A stretch of DNA of 39,152 nucleotides from an uncultured bacterium (GCA_964606395.1 CAZSGO010000001.1:14579-53730), one strand, 5' to 3'; positions 27,622 to 36,919 are shown, numbered from the stretch's first letter. Made by a program: numbers and translations. Notes: generated from the sequence alone by a model not told the origin.

Positions 27622-30240
27622 ATGAACTCGAACGCTATAAGAAAACAGTTTATTGACTATTTTGAAAAAACCCTGGGGCATACCGTTGTTCCATCAGCGC
27701 CTGTTATTCCGCAAAATGACCCAACCCTGCTTTTTACCAATGCCGGAATGAATCAGTTTAAACCCTATTTTCTTGGGGAGGCGCAAGCACCCTTCAAGCG
27801 TGCGGTTAATTCGCAAAAATGCATTAGAGTCAGCGGAAAACATAATGACCTTGAAGCTGTTGGGCGTGACCATTATCACCACACATTTTTTGAAATGTTG
27901 GGGAGCTGGAGTTTTGGAGATTATTATAAAAAAGAAGCGATAGAATGGGCATGGACCCTTTTTACCGAGGTATGGGAATTAGACCCCAAAAGATTATATG
28001 CAACAGTCTATACCGAAGATGAAGAGGCATATAAAATATGGCTAAACATACCCAATTTGGACCCCAGCCATCTCTTAAAGTCAGGAGAGAAAGATAATTT
28101 TTGGTCTATGGGCGAGACCGGTCCCTGTGGTCCGTGTTCTGAAATTCATTATTATAGCGGCGATGATGTTGAAAATCAAGATCCGCTTAAGGTCAACGCA
28201 GACGATCCCGAATATATGGAATTATGGAATTTGGTTTTTATTCAATATAACCGCAATGAAAACGGGGAATTATTGGCATTAAGTCAAAAACATATTGATA
28301 CGGGAGCGGGCTTTGAGAGAATTGTTGCAGTAATAAATGGAAAACAGAGTAATTACGACACCGATTTATTTAAGCCCATTATTGAGCAAATAGAAATAAT
28401 ATCCAATATTGCCTATGCCCAGGACGACGATGGTATACCTCATAGGGTTATTGCTGACCACATTCGTATGTTGTCGGTTGCTATCGCAGATGGTGCTATA
28501 CCGGGAAACGAGGGTCGCGCTTATGTCTTAAGAAGAATTTTAAGGAGAGCAGCGCGTTTTGGTCGTGAATTGAATTTAAAAGAACCTTTTTTGTATCGCC
28601 TGGTCCCGGCTGTTGCGCATGTTCTGGGAGATGTTTATCCCGAGATCAAAAATCAGCGTGAGCATATTCAGCGCATTATTAGGGCCGAAGAAGAATCTTT
28701 TGGCAACACACTTGACAAGGGTCTGGATCTTTTTGACCAGATCGCCAAACAAGCAAAAAAAAGCACTGAAAAAACCTTGAGCAGTGAAGATGTTTTTAAG
28801 CTGTATGATACATTTGGATTTCCGGTAGATTTAACACGGCTTCTTGCAGAAGAAAAAAATCTGCTTGTTAACGAAGAAGAAGTTAATGCGCTTATGCAGG
28901 AGCAGCGAGAACGCGCCCGTGCCGCTGGAAAGTTTTCCATTAAAAGTTCGGAAGATCTTGCATGGATCGTTTTAGAAAAAGACAAATTCTCAAAATTCGC
29001 AGGTTATGATAGTTATACTGCTGAATCATTATTGTTAAAATATGCAGTTGATGATTCGCACACCTATTTGGTTTTTGACAATACTCCTTTTTACGCGGAA
29101 GCCGGAGGGCAGGTCGGCGACAAAGGGTTCCTTGTTTTGCATAAACACAGCATGAAAACTGACGCCAGAATAAATGTGGTTGATACGAAAAAGATCGGTG
29201 ACGACATTGTGCACATTGTTGAAGGCTCTGTCCTAGAGGGAAATATAAGGCCTATTACAGCAACGCTGGAGGTTCAAAAAAGCATAAGACGCGACACGGC
29301 CCGCAACCATACTGCTACCCATTTATTGCATGCAGAATTACGATCGGTGTTGGGAGATCATGTCCATCAAGCCGGATCTTATGTTGGTCCGGACCGCCTG
29401 CGTTTTGATTTTACACATTTTGAAAAAGTCACAACCGAACAACAAATTGACATACAGCAACGAATTAATACACGCATTATGCAAAATATTCCGGTCGTTA
29501 CCAGGGTTATGCCCTATACAGAAGCCATTAGGAATGGCGCTCAAGCCCTGTTCGGTGAAAAATATGGTGACGAAGTTCGGGTTGTTAGCATGGAGGAAAC
29601 ATCTAAAGAGCTTTGTGGCGGAACCCATGTTGAAAGAAGTGGCGATATTGGATTGTTTGTTATTGTAAGTGAAAATTCTGTGGCATCAGGTGTCCGTCGA
29701 ATTGAGGCGGTTACGGGAGCAGCGGCATTAGATATTATAAAAATGCAACAAACCATTCTTAATGGTTTGCGGGATATCACCAAGTTACCCGAGAACGTAA
29801 TTCTTGAAAAAGTGATCAATATGAATGCTCAATTGCGCAATCTTGAAAAAGAGAACAGTGAATTGAAAAGCAAATTATTGACATTGGACATTGATTCTTA
29901 TTTTACAAATGAGCGAAATTTTGAGGATAAGTCGTTGTTTGTAAATCGTGTTGAAGTAGAGAATATGGACCAACTTAAAGCCATAGGTGACAAAGTCCGC
30001 GAAAAGATGAAAAGCGGTATTGCGGTGTTTGGTACGGTTATAAATGACACGCCGCAAGTATTATGCGTTGTAACGGATGATCTGGTAAAAGAAGGTATAA
30101 AAGCAGGCAATATCGTCAAATCACTTGGTAAGGCCATGGGAGGTGGCGGTGGCGGGAAACCGCACATGGCAACAGCGGGTGGGAAAGATGTAAACGGATT
30201 GAACCATGTGCTGGAAAATATTGAATCACTTATATTATAA
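27622..30240 (+). CDS. alaS: Alanine--tRNA ligase
   Basis: Class II motifs and the AlaRS N-terminus (FTNAGMNQFKP) are present, as are editing-domain HxxxH motifs (HTATHLLH) and C-terminal GGGGGKPHMA. Length is 872 aa. Confidence 0.97.
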   Translation: MNSNAIRKQFIDYFEKTLGHTVVPSAPVIPQNDPTLLFTNAGMNQFKPYFLGEAQAPFKRAVNSQKCIRVSGKHNDLEAVGRDHYHHTFFEMLGSWSFGDYYKKEAIEWAWTLFTEVWELDPKRLYATVYTEDEEAYKIWLNIPNLDPSHLLKSGEKDNFWSMGETGPCGPCSEIHYYSGDDVENQDPLKVNADDPEYMELWNLVFIQYNRNENGELLALSQKHIDTGAGFERIVAVINGKQSNYDTDLFKPIIEQIEIISNIAYAQDDDGIPHRVIADHIRMLSVAIADGAIPGNEGRAYVLRRILRRAARFGRELNLKEPFLYRLVPAVAHVLGDVYPEIKNQREHIQRIIRAEEESFGNTLDKGLDLFDQIAKQAKKSTEKTLSSEDVFKLYDTFGFPVDLTRLLAEEKNLLVNEEEVNALMQEQRERARAAGKFSIKSSEDLAWIVLEKDKFSKFAGYDSYTAESLLLKYAVDDSHTYLVFDNTPFYAEAGGQVGDKGFLVLHKHSMKTDARINVVDTKKIGDDIVHIVEGSVLEGNIRPITATLEVQKSIRRDTARNHTATHLLHAELRSVLGDHVHQAGSYVGPDRLRFDFTHFEKVTTEQQIDIQQRINTRIMQNIPVVTRVMPYTEAIRNGAQALFGEKYGDEVRVVSMEETSKELCGGTHVERSGDIGLFVIVSENSVASGVRRIEAVTGAAALDIIKMQQTILNGLRDITKLPENVILEKVINMNAQLRNLEKENSELKSKLLTLDIDSYFTNERNFEDKSLFVNRVEVENMDQLKAIGDKVREKMKSGIAVFGTVINDTPQVLCVVTDDLVKEGIKAGNIVKSLGKAMGGGGGGKPHMATAGGKDVNGLNHVLENIESLIL

Positions 30241-30274
30241 TAGCCATTAAATAATTAAAAAAAGAGTTAAAAAA

Positions 30275-30703
30275 ATGAAAAAAATATCCATGTTTATTTT
30301 TGCACTAATTATTGTAGTAACCTTTATTGCTTGTGACAAAACCCCGAGCATTAAAGCGACAGCGAAAGAAAAGATAACTGTTAAATCCGAAGTTGTCGAG
30401 GTCTACTATTTTCATGGAACGCGAAGATGTGTTACGTGTATCGCCGTTGGAGAAGTATCGTCAAATTATATAAAAACGCACTACAGCGATAATCCCAATA
30501 TAAGATTTATTGAAGTTAATATTGACGAAGATGTCCCCGGCGTGAAGGAGTTGGCAAATAAATTCATGGTAAGCGGTTCCGGTTTGTATGTTTACAATAG
30601 CGGTGAAATTGAAAACATAACTGCATTTGCTTTTCAAAATGCCATATCGTCTCCGGAAAAATTAGAGAACAAATTGCTTGAATTGATCAGCAAACACATA
30701 TAG
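30275..30703 (+). CDS. Thioredoxin-fold lipoprotein with a CxxC motif (ArsF-like family by recollection)
   Basis: It has a signal peptide plus the lipobox F-I-A-C. The motif YYFHGTRRCVTCIAVG contains CxxC. It pairs with the downstream DsbD-like membrane protein. Confidence 0.7.
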   Translation: MKKISMFIFALIIVVTFIACDKTPSIKATAKEKITVKSEVVEVYYFHGTRRCVTCIAVGEVSSNYIKTHYSDNPNIRFIEVNIDEDVPGVKELANKFMVSGSGLYVYNSGEIENITAFAFQNAISSPEKLENKLLELISKHI

Positions 30704-30707
30704 AGAT

Positions 30708-31406
30708 ATGGATTTTCTTCAAAGCTGGTTGGACAGCACTAACCTCCCTCTATTTTCGGCATTTATACTTGGCTTAATGACAGCCATAAGCCCATGCCCC
30801 CTTGCAACGAATATTACCGCCATTGCTTTTATTGGGAAAGATATTCAAGACAGAAAAAAAGTATTTTTCAATGGGTTGATCTATACTCTTGGCAGGGCTA
30901 TTAGCTATACCGTGCTTGGATTAATATTGTACTTTACCGCCAGTCAATTTCAAATATCTCGCTTTATTCAGCAATGGGGCGAAAAGTTATTAGGGCCATT
31001 ATTGCTGATCGTTGGTGTTTTAATGCTTGACGTTATAAAGATCAAATTTCCGGGATTGGGGAAATTAAGTCAAAAAATGCAAGAAAAAAGCCAATCCGGA
31101 TTTTGGGGCGTTCTTCTTCTGGGTGTTGTCTTTGCGCTTGCCTTTTGCCCCTATAGCGGCGTTTTGTATTTCGGTATGCTGATACCCATGACCATCTCAA
31201 GCCCTAGCGGGCTTTACTTGCCACTTTTATTTGCTTTGGGTACAGGACTTCCGGTAATAATATTTGCATGGTTCATCGCTTTTACCATTGGTGGCATTGG
31301 CGGTGTTTATGATAAAATAAAATTATTCGAAAAATGGTTTCGCCGTATTGTTGCCGTCATATTTATGGGGGCAGGCCTATATTTTATGGCCATATACTTT
31401 TTATAA
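30708..31406 (+). CDS. DsbD/CcdA-family transmembrane thiol-disulfide electron transfer protein (ArsG-like)
   Basis: It is polytopic (about 6 TM helices). Two membrane-embedded Cys-Pro motifs (AISPCPLATN and FCPYSG) are characteristic of the DsbD transmembrane domain family. Confidence 0.8.
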   Translation: MDFLQSWLDSTNLPLFSAFILGLMTAISPCPLATNITAIAFIGKDIQDRKKVFFNGLIYTLGRAISYTVLGLILYFTASQFQISRFIQQWGEKLLGPLLLIVGVLMLDVIKIKFPGLGKLSQKMQEKSQSGFWGVLLLGVVFALAFCPYSGVLYFGMLIPMTISSPSGLYLPLLFALGTGLPVIIFAWFIAFTIGGIGGVYDKIKLFEKWFRRIVAVIFMGAGLYFMAIYFL

Positions 31407-31419
31407 TACTTCAAATTTC

Positions 31420-31448
31420 TTGACATTGATAATAGTCTCATTTACATT
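31420..31448 (+). promoter_or_regulatory. Sigma70-like promoter TTGACA-N17-TACATT
   Basis: Read directly from the sequence. It lies about 200 nt upstream of the next annotated ORF (31649). Confidence 0.35.
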
Positions 31449-31648
31449 TAATTTAATTGGTGCTTAACAGATAAAATATTTTTTAACACATGCTCACATA
31501 CAACAATTTTTGCATGTGTGGAGATCAAGGATACAATGAATTTTGTAATAATATTTTTTCTCTTTTATTTTTCGACAATAGAAATTCATAATAACACTCA
31601 ACCAAAATAGGGATAACCCGGGTATATCTCAGGGGATTAGATAAGAAA

Positions 31649-31933
31649 ATGATCAACATATTTTTAATTATTATCGGAGCCGGCGGGATTGCCCTATACA
31701 CTATAAGCACGATCTTTATTTATGATTTTCATTATAGAAGGAATGACAAAACTCCGGGCTTTTTATCTGTAAATTTTCATATTATAAAATTTGTGGGTAA
31801 ATATAAAAAAATCACCAAAAGCGAAACCCGTCGTGTTGGCGTGCTTTATTATTTTTGGATCGCTTCCATTTTAATTGTATTGCTTAGTCTGTTGCTTTTG
31901 TTTTTAGCCAATGTTGTAGTCATGTTATATTAA
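31649..31933 (+). CDS. Hypothetical small membrane protein (94 aa)
   Basis: This ORF-track ORF has 2-3 predicted hydrophobic helices and no recognisable family. The region is AT-rich and the SD is weak. Confidence 0.4.
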   Translation: MINIFLIIIGAGGIALYTISTIFIYDFHYRRNDKTPGFLSVNFHIIKFVGKYKKITKSETRRVGVLYYFWIASILIVLLSLLLLFLANVVVMLY

Positions 31934-31949
31934 TTGAAACAGATAGACC

Positions 31950-32120
31950 ATGTCAGAAAGAAAGATCAACTATAAAATGTTTGTAGTAATGGGCGCTTTA
32001 TTATTGGGGCTAGGCGTTCTCTTTATGTTTGCCATTAACACAGTGCTGGGTCTGTCTTTTCTTGCGGTCGGTCTTGGAAATTTGGCGATTGGTCTTTCGG
32101 GGAAACATAAAGAAAAATAG
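31950..32120 (+). CDS. Hypothetical small membrane protein (56 aa, below the ORF-track cutoff)
   Basis: The hand translation is MSERKINYKMFVVMGALLLGLGVLFMFAINTVLGLSFLAVGLGNLAIGLSGKHKEK, with two Gly-rich hydrophobic helices. Confidence 0.35.
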   Translation: MSERKINYKMFVVMGALLLGLGVLFMFAINTVLGLSFLAVGLGNLAIGLSGKHKEK

Positions 32121-32182
32121 ATAATATTTTACAAACAAGCCAACCGTTGGTAATAGAGATATTTTCAGCAGGAAGTAATGAT

Positions 32183-32785
32183 ATGCAGCTTATATTCAAA
32201 TACGTTATTTGTTTGTTATCGGGATATTTGATTGGCTCCGTTCTGTTTGCCGAAATATTGATCAAAATCACACAAGGCCACGATATAAGAAAAATGGGAA
32301 ATACCAATCCCGGGGCTCAAAACATATACCTGCACGTTAGCAAGATATTGGGCGCAATTACCGGACTTCTGGATGCATTCAAATCCCTTATCCCCATGAT
32401 CATAGCTGCCGCTTATTTTGATCTTACTGATTTTGAATTGGGTTTGATCGGCATAGGGGCCATGTTTGGACATATCTATCCATTGTATTTCCGTTTCAAC
32501 GGCGGGAAGGGGGCTGCAGTTATCATGGGAATATTCCTTTTCTTTGCCAGGTGGGAACTGCTGATTGCCTTTATTGTGGTACCAATATTTGTTTACATCA
32601 TTTTTAAAAACAATCAAGGTGTTTGGCTTCCTTTTGCTGTTCTAATGACAACAGCTACCATTGCCATGTTTTTTCCTCACTCGCCCGAGATAAAAATGGT
32701 GATTGTCGCAACGGTCATTCTTGGGTGGACCTACAATATCAGGGCCTTGCCAACAATGGTTAAATTAATTTTACACAGAGAATAA
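32183..32785 (+). CDS. plsY: Glycerol-3-phosphate acyltransferase PlsY
   Basis: Motifs GYLIGSVLFAE, GNTNPGAQN and GHIYPLYFRFNGGKGAA are present. The start at MQLIFKY is preceded by AGGAAG; the ORF-track start is 32147. Confidence 0.9.
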   Translation: MQLIFKYVICLLSGYLIGSVLFAEILIKITQGHDIRKMGNTNPGAQNIYLHVSKILGAITGLLDAFKSLIPMIIAAAYFDLTDFELGLIGIGAMFGHIYPLYFRFNGGKGAAVIMGIFLFFARWELLIAFIVVPIFVYIIFKNNQGVWLPFAVLMTTATIAMFFPHSPEIKMVIVATVILGWTYNIRALPTMVKLILHRE

Positions 32786-32866
32786 AAACCCCGATTACAC
32801 ATTATTGAACGATCTTTAAACAGGCAAACCACTGCCATTTCGCATTTATTGTTGAGCACATATAAA

Positions 32867-32894
32867 TTGACGTTTGAAATCAAACGTCTAAACT
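32867..32894 (+). promoter_or_regulatory. Candidate promoter TTGACG-N16-TAAACT whose spacer is a 20-bp palindrome, GACGTTTGA-AA-TCAAACGTC (32869..32888)
   Basis: Read directly from the sequence, about 40 bp upstream of the MFS transporter start. Confidence 0.3.
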
Positions 32895-32927
32895 CTAAAT
32901 TCAACCCAATAAACCAAAAAAGGTATT

Positions 32928-34148
32928 ATGGAATTAGGTTCGAATGAAAAGGCATTAAACAGATCACTTACATCATACAATTGGTATGTGATCTTAACAA
33001 GAGCATATTTTTGGACGCCCCTTTTTGTCCTTTATTTTTCAACGGTCGTTACATTAAAACAAATATTTCTTTTAGAAGCTATATATTATGCGCTTGTATT
33101 TTTGCTTGAGGTTCCGTCGGGCTATTTCTCGGATTATGTCGGGCGAAAAATAACGCTTATCATTTCTGCGCTTAGTTTTTGTGTCGCTTATGTCCTGTTT
33201 TTTATCGGCGGCTCTTTTGGTGTTTTTGCCGGCGCTCAATTATTTTTGGCTGTCGGTTTTGCCTTTGCATCAGGAACAGATACTTCTCTGCATTATGCCA
33301 TTCTAACGTCACTTAATAAAGAATCGGAATATGGTCATCGGGAAGCCAAACTGGCATCTCAAGGTCTTATTTCAATTGCGCTAGCTGCTGTCATAGGTGG
33401 TCTGTTTGCGTGGTTGAACGAATATCGAATTGCGTACGGACTTTCTTTTGTTTTTGCTGCTTTTTCCTTCATCTTGGTCTTAATGATGAAAGACCCCGAA
33501 AACGAAAACACCCAAAAAGAAGAACCTTCGCACCCATTTCTGCAGATGAAAAACGTGTTTTTGAAACTAAAAGATCCGACTCTAAAATACTTATTTGTTT
33601 TTGCGGTTATCATTACGGTTCTAAACCATATACCATATGAGCTGTATCAAATTTACATTAATAGGATGTTGTTGTCTTTTAATGTCAAAAATATTTCAGG
33701 GGAGCTAAGTCCGTTAATTTTGGGGTTTCACACTGCCTTGAGTATGCTTATTGCATCTGTTTTTGCTCACCGGGCAATAAGGATCGGTAAGCTGGGCGGC
33801 ACCAAGGCAACTCTTCTTTTGGTAATAGGTCTTCAGACTGCCATGATTGCGATCATGGGTATTTCGGGCTCGTTTATCGTCGTCGCTTTGCTGATGCTTC
33901 GAGGTCTCCCCGGTGCTATCTCGGCTCCCATCGCAAGAGCTCAGACAACACATAAATTACCCTCAAATTTAAGAGCCACTTATTATTCAACGCAAAGCTT
34001 GTTGGGACGGCTTTCCTTTGCGCTGGTTTTGGTGATGTTTAATCTGGTCCCTGGGGATGGGTTTCGCAATTCTTTGATTTTGGGCAGCTCGATCGGGGTG
34101 GCGTTTCTTATAATACTTGCCCTGTTGCCTATAAATAAAAAACACTAG
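32928..34148 (+). CDS. MFS transporter
   Basis: It has about 12 predicted TM helices. The loop 2-3 motif is MFS-like (SGYFSDYVGRKITL). Confidence 0.85.
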   Translation: MELGSNEKALNRSLTSYNWYVILTRAYFWTPLFVLYFSTVVTLKQIFLLEAIYYALVFLLEVPSGYFSDYVGRKITLIISALSFCVAYVLFFIGGSFGVFAGAQLFLAVGFAFASGTDTSLHYAILTSLNKESEYGHREAKLASQGLISIALAAVIGGLFAWLNEYRIAYGLSFVFAAFSFILVLMMKDPENENTQKEEPSHPFLQMKNVFLKLKDPTLKYLFVFAVIITVLNHIPYELYQIYINRMLLSFNVKNISGELSPLILGFHTALSMLIASVFAHRAIRIGKLGGTKATLLLVIGLQTAMIAIMGISGSFIVVALLMLRGLPGAISAPIARAQTTHKLPSNLRATYYSTQSLLGRLSFALVLVMFNLVPGDGFRNSLILGSSIGVAFLIILALLPINKKH

Positions 34149-35017
34149 TTTCCATTGGTACCGTAAACCATTCCTCTGCCTTCGCCATTCGCAACGATCA
34201 ATCCGAGAGTTCTTAAAAACAAGAGATCCTTTTTTATGGTGTTCCTGCTTTCGTCCGGAAAGAATAACATAATATCAGAGATCTTAACGGGAGCATTTTT
34301 TGAAACACAATCAAGAAGCGATTGTCGGCGAGGATTTAAATATGGTTCCGATCCGGAGCGCGAAGATGTATCGAACGCTTCCGAGTAATAGTTATTCAAT
34401 AATAATAAAATTGATTCCGGTAGCACAACAAGCGAATCGTTCGAAATAGCACCATCGGGGTTATTTAAGAACGCTATTAGGGGTATTTGACCAACAACGG
34501 GATAATTATTGTTATACAACAACCCATACGCAAGAAAATTTGCGCACAAGGCGTTTCCTGTAACAAATGGCATGAGGTTAATGAAGGCTGACCGGAAAAG
34601 AGAAATGGTGAACAACGGATGGCGATCCTGTCTCTTGAGTGCGTTTTTTGTTTCAAAAAACAGAGAGCTCATGATCTCGTCAATATCCGTTCTGTAGTTG
34701 CCGCGACTTCCCTCGTCGCGCGCGCTATACTTAAATATTTTTCTATGCAGGGATTTGACCGAGGTGTTTGATAGAGAGAAATTATTATTATTTGCATGAA
34801 AATCTTGCAGCCATTCATAAGCGCCCGTAGCAACAAGGGCATCTCTGCTTTCGGGTTCTGAGTGTTGTGTCAACCCCGCGTTTTCTTTTAGTAGCGATTG
34901 TTCCGGAAAAGAAGAATCACCACTATATTGATAAATGCGGTCTATGCATCCGCAAGCCGCAATACACGCGTGTATGCTATCTTCAGAAAATGCCGATATT
35001 TTTAAAATAGTATCCAT
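34145..35017 (-). CDS. Fic-fold protein with a degenerate active-site motif and a C-terminal winged-helix domain
   Basis: The Fic core context reads RHPLFTISLFRSAFINL-MPFVTGNALCAN-FLAYGLL. The canonical HxFx(D/E)GNGRxxR is replaced by MPFVTGNALCAN (34538..34573). The C-terminus ISDIMLFFPDESRNTIKKDLLFLRTLGLIVANGEGRGMVY is wHTH-like. Confidence 0.7.
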   Translation of the reverse strand: MDTILKISAFSEDSIHACIAACGCIDRIYQYSGDSSFPEQSLLKENAGLTQHSEPESRDALVATGAYEWLQDFHANNNNFSLSNTSVKSLHRKIFKYSARDEGSRGNYRTDIDEIMSSLFFETKNALKRQDRHPLFTISLFRSAFINLMPFVTGNALCANFLAYGLLYNNNYPVVGQIPLIAFLNNPDGAISNDSLVVLPESILLLLNNYYSEAFDTSSRSGSEPYLNPRRQSLLDCVSKNAPVKISDIMLFFPDESRNTIKKDLLFLRTLGLIVANGEGRGMVYGTNGN

Positions 35018-35164
35018 AATATATCCAATAATAATATGAATGAATTATGTTGATTTTGCAAGAGATTTGATTAATTCAATAGTCGTGATCCGGGAATATA
35101 TATACCAGAGATCTTCCATTGGATAAAAAATCGAGCGGCGGTTTTAAAAATTGAATCTTGACGA

Positions 35165-35899
35165 TTACATTTCCCCAATGAATAATTCCACTTCCCTGTC
35201 ATTTTCAAGACAAAGAAGTTTGGCTTCTCGCGTAAAAGACAAGGGGGTTACCAGTCGTGTTTTACCCGTTGTTGCGATTTCAATATTTTGACCCTTGGCA
35301 TATAGTAAGCGGTTTAGTTCGGGAAGATGTTCTTGGAATTTATTTTCACAGAAATCTTTATACAAGATATCAAGTTCATCAACTATTCGATCCAGTAGAA
35401 AAGAAAGATCAATTTCTTCGCCACGACATTCTTTAAGGGACACAGCAGGATTGCGTAAATCTTGAAGGTGTGACACATTATTATTAACATTAATGCCGAT
35501 ACCGATAACAATGTTGGTTTTACTGCCCTGGGTTGATGATTCAGCGAGAATACCACAGACTTTGCGATGATTGATATATATATCATTTGGCCACTTGATG
35601 GCGATACCCATTGTGGCACATGATTTGATCCGGCGAACGACAGAAAGGGCGCTTAACAAAACAAAGGGGTATGTTTTTGAAATGTCTTTTTGGTCCTTAA
35701 GGAGAATGGAAAAATACAAGCCACCATTTTGAGATTGCCATTCACGCTTCTTTCGACCACGGCCTGCGGTTTGTTTTCTTGCACAAAACACCGTCCCATG
35801 TTCATAATGATCGGCTTTTTCAAGAAGTTCTTTATTTGTTGAACCGATCTCGTCTACAACATATAAATGAGAACCGATGGTTTGCCTGTGATATTCCAT
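35165..35899 (-). CDS. birA: Biotin--[acetyl-CoA-carboxylase] ligase (group I, no N-terminal HTH)
   Basis: Motifs GRGRKKREWQS and KWPNDI are present. At 244 aa it starts directly with the catalytic domain. Confidence 0.9.
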   Translation of the reverse strand: MEYHRQTIGSHLYVVDEIGSTNKELLEKADHYEHGTVFCARKQTAGRGRKKREWQSQNGGLYFSILLKDQKDISKTYPFVLLSALSVVRRIKSCATMGIAIKWPNDIYINHRKVCGILAESSTQGSKTNIVIGIGINVNNNVSHLQDLRNPAVSLKECRGEEIDLSFLLDRIVDELDILYKDFCENKFQEHLPELNRLLYAKGQNIEIATTGKTRLVTPLSFTREAKLLCLENDREVELFIGEM

Positions 35900-36016
35900 G
35901 TGAGAAATTAAAGATTATGAACACAAGAAACAAGAGACATTATTTGGAAATTTAGCATAAGAAACAAAACAAGAAGCTTTAAAAATTATTCTGATATCGG
36001 TTTTGTTAGACAATAG

Positions 36017-36060
36017 AGAGATCCCGTCATGGATATGCTCCGACGGGAAACGGGATCTCT
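36017..36060. other. Long stem-loop downstream of the ABC operon
   Basis: An 11-bp perfect stem, AGAGATCCCGT pairing with ACGGGATCTCT, encloses a nested alternative pairing CCCGTC/GACGGG. There is no clear T-tract on either strand. Confidence 0.35.
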
Positions 36061-36089
36061 GCGATATATGTTATAACACGGATTATATA

Positions 36090-36905
36090 TTAAACGTCTT
36101 TTGCCCGGTACTTATAGATCATGGTTGCGCCCACATAACAAAGCCCGGCAAACAATAGTCCGAAAAGAATGCGATAATCTCCCATGACAATTGACATGTT
36201 GATCTCTTCAATTTCATCAAGACCTATTGTACCGATCATGCTAACAATTGACTCAAATATGTTGGGCATGCTTATGTTATGGCGGAAGATCGCTTCAATA
36301 ATGGCAAACAGACCTTCAAGTATGCCAAGTCCGGCCAGACCAAGAATAAGAGCATTGTTTTTAAATACTGCAGAAAAGAAAAAGAACATAGACCCAAAAA
36401 CAAGCGCCACTTTAAGATAAGTCAGCCATCCAAGAAATGTGCCGTAGAGTGCTTGTCCCAGATAGAAACCATCAGCAAAGAACACACTGACGATACTGAG
36501 AATAATAGCGAATATTATACCCACACCCAATAAAAGCAGAGAACTTCCAAATATATGCATGAGATATTTAATGGCAGTTACCTTCCATGTACAAACAGGT
36601 TGACTGCGAAAAAACAAGTCAGACCCCAGCTGTTTTTCGCGATTTAGTGAGCTTTGGGCGCTCAGTGCCATAAACAGGGCAAAGACCATGCTAAAAGAGA
36701 ACATGACACCGTACATTCCTATTCGCAATCCTTCGCGGCTGCCGTCAGACCCGTACATAACGATATTCGGACTTTCGATGATCCAAGCAACAAGTGCGGC
36801 GATGAGCGAAAGGAGGGTTAATCCTGCAATAATCCAGACAGGCCACCAATAGGAGGATTTGCGTTTTTGATATTCTGTTAGAAGTAATGTTTTAATCTGA
36901 TTCAT
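36090..36905 (-). CDS. ABC-2-type transporter permease
   Basis: It has about 6 TM helices, follows the ABC ATPase after a 14-nt gap, and contains no other recognisable motif. Confidence 0.75.
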   Translation of the reverse strand: MNQIKTLLLTEYQKRKSSYWWPVWIIAGLTLLSLIAALVAWIIESPNIVMYGSDGSREGLRIGMYGVMFSFSMVFALFMALSAQSSLNREKQLGSDLFFRSQPVCTWKVTAIKYLMHIFGSSLLLLGVGIIFAIILSIVSVFFADGFYLGQALYGTFLGWLTYLKVALVFGSMFFFFSAVFKNNALILGLAGLGILEGLFAIIEAIFRHNISMPNIFESIVSMIGTIGLDEIEEINMSIVMGDYRILFGLLFAGLCYVGATMIYKYRAKDV

Positions 36906-36919
36906 TTTATTATCCTTCC

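Noticed and set aside
31536-31610. A 24-codon hydrophobic ORF (MNFVIIFFLFYFSTIEIHNNTQPK), considered as a type I toxin-like peptide.
   Set aside because: The hydrophobic stretch (~13 aa) is too short for a membrane helix. The Phe/Ile codons simply reflect T-rich DNA, and I can see no antisense RNA promoter. It is kept only as a remark in a low-interest finding.
34145-35017. The Fic-family protein as an active AMPylase or as the toxin of a Fic/antitoxin pair.
   Set aside because: The catalytic motif lacks the His and both Arg residues (MPFVTGNALCAN), and there is no small antitoxin-like ORF adjacent. An enzymatic toxin role is therefore not supported.
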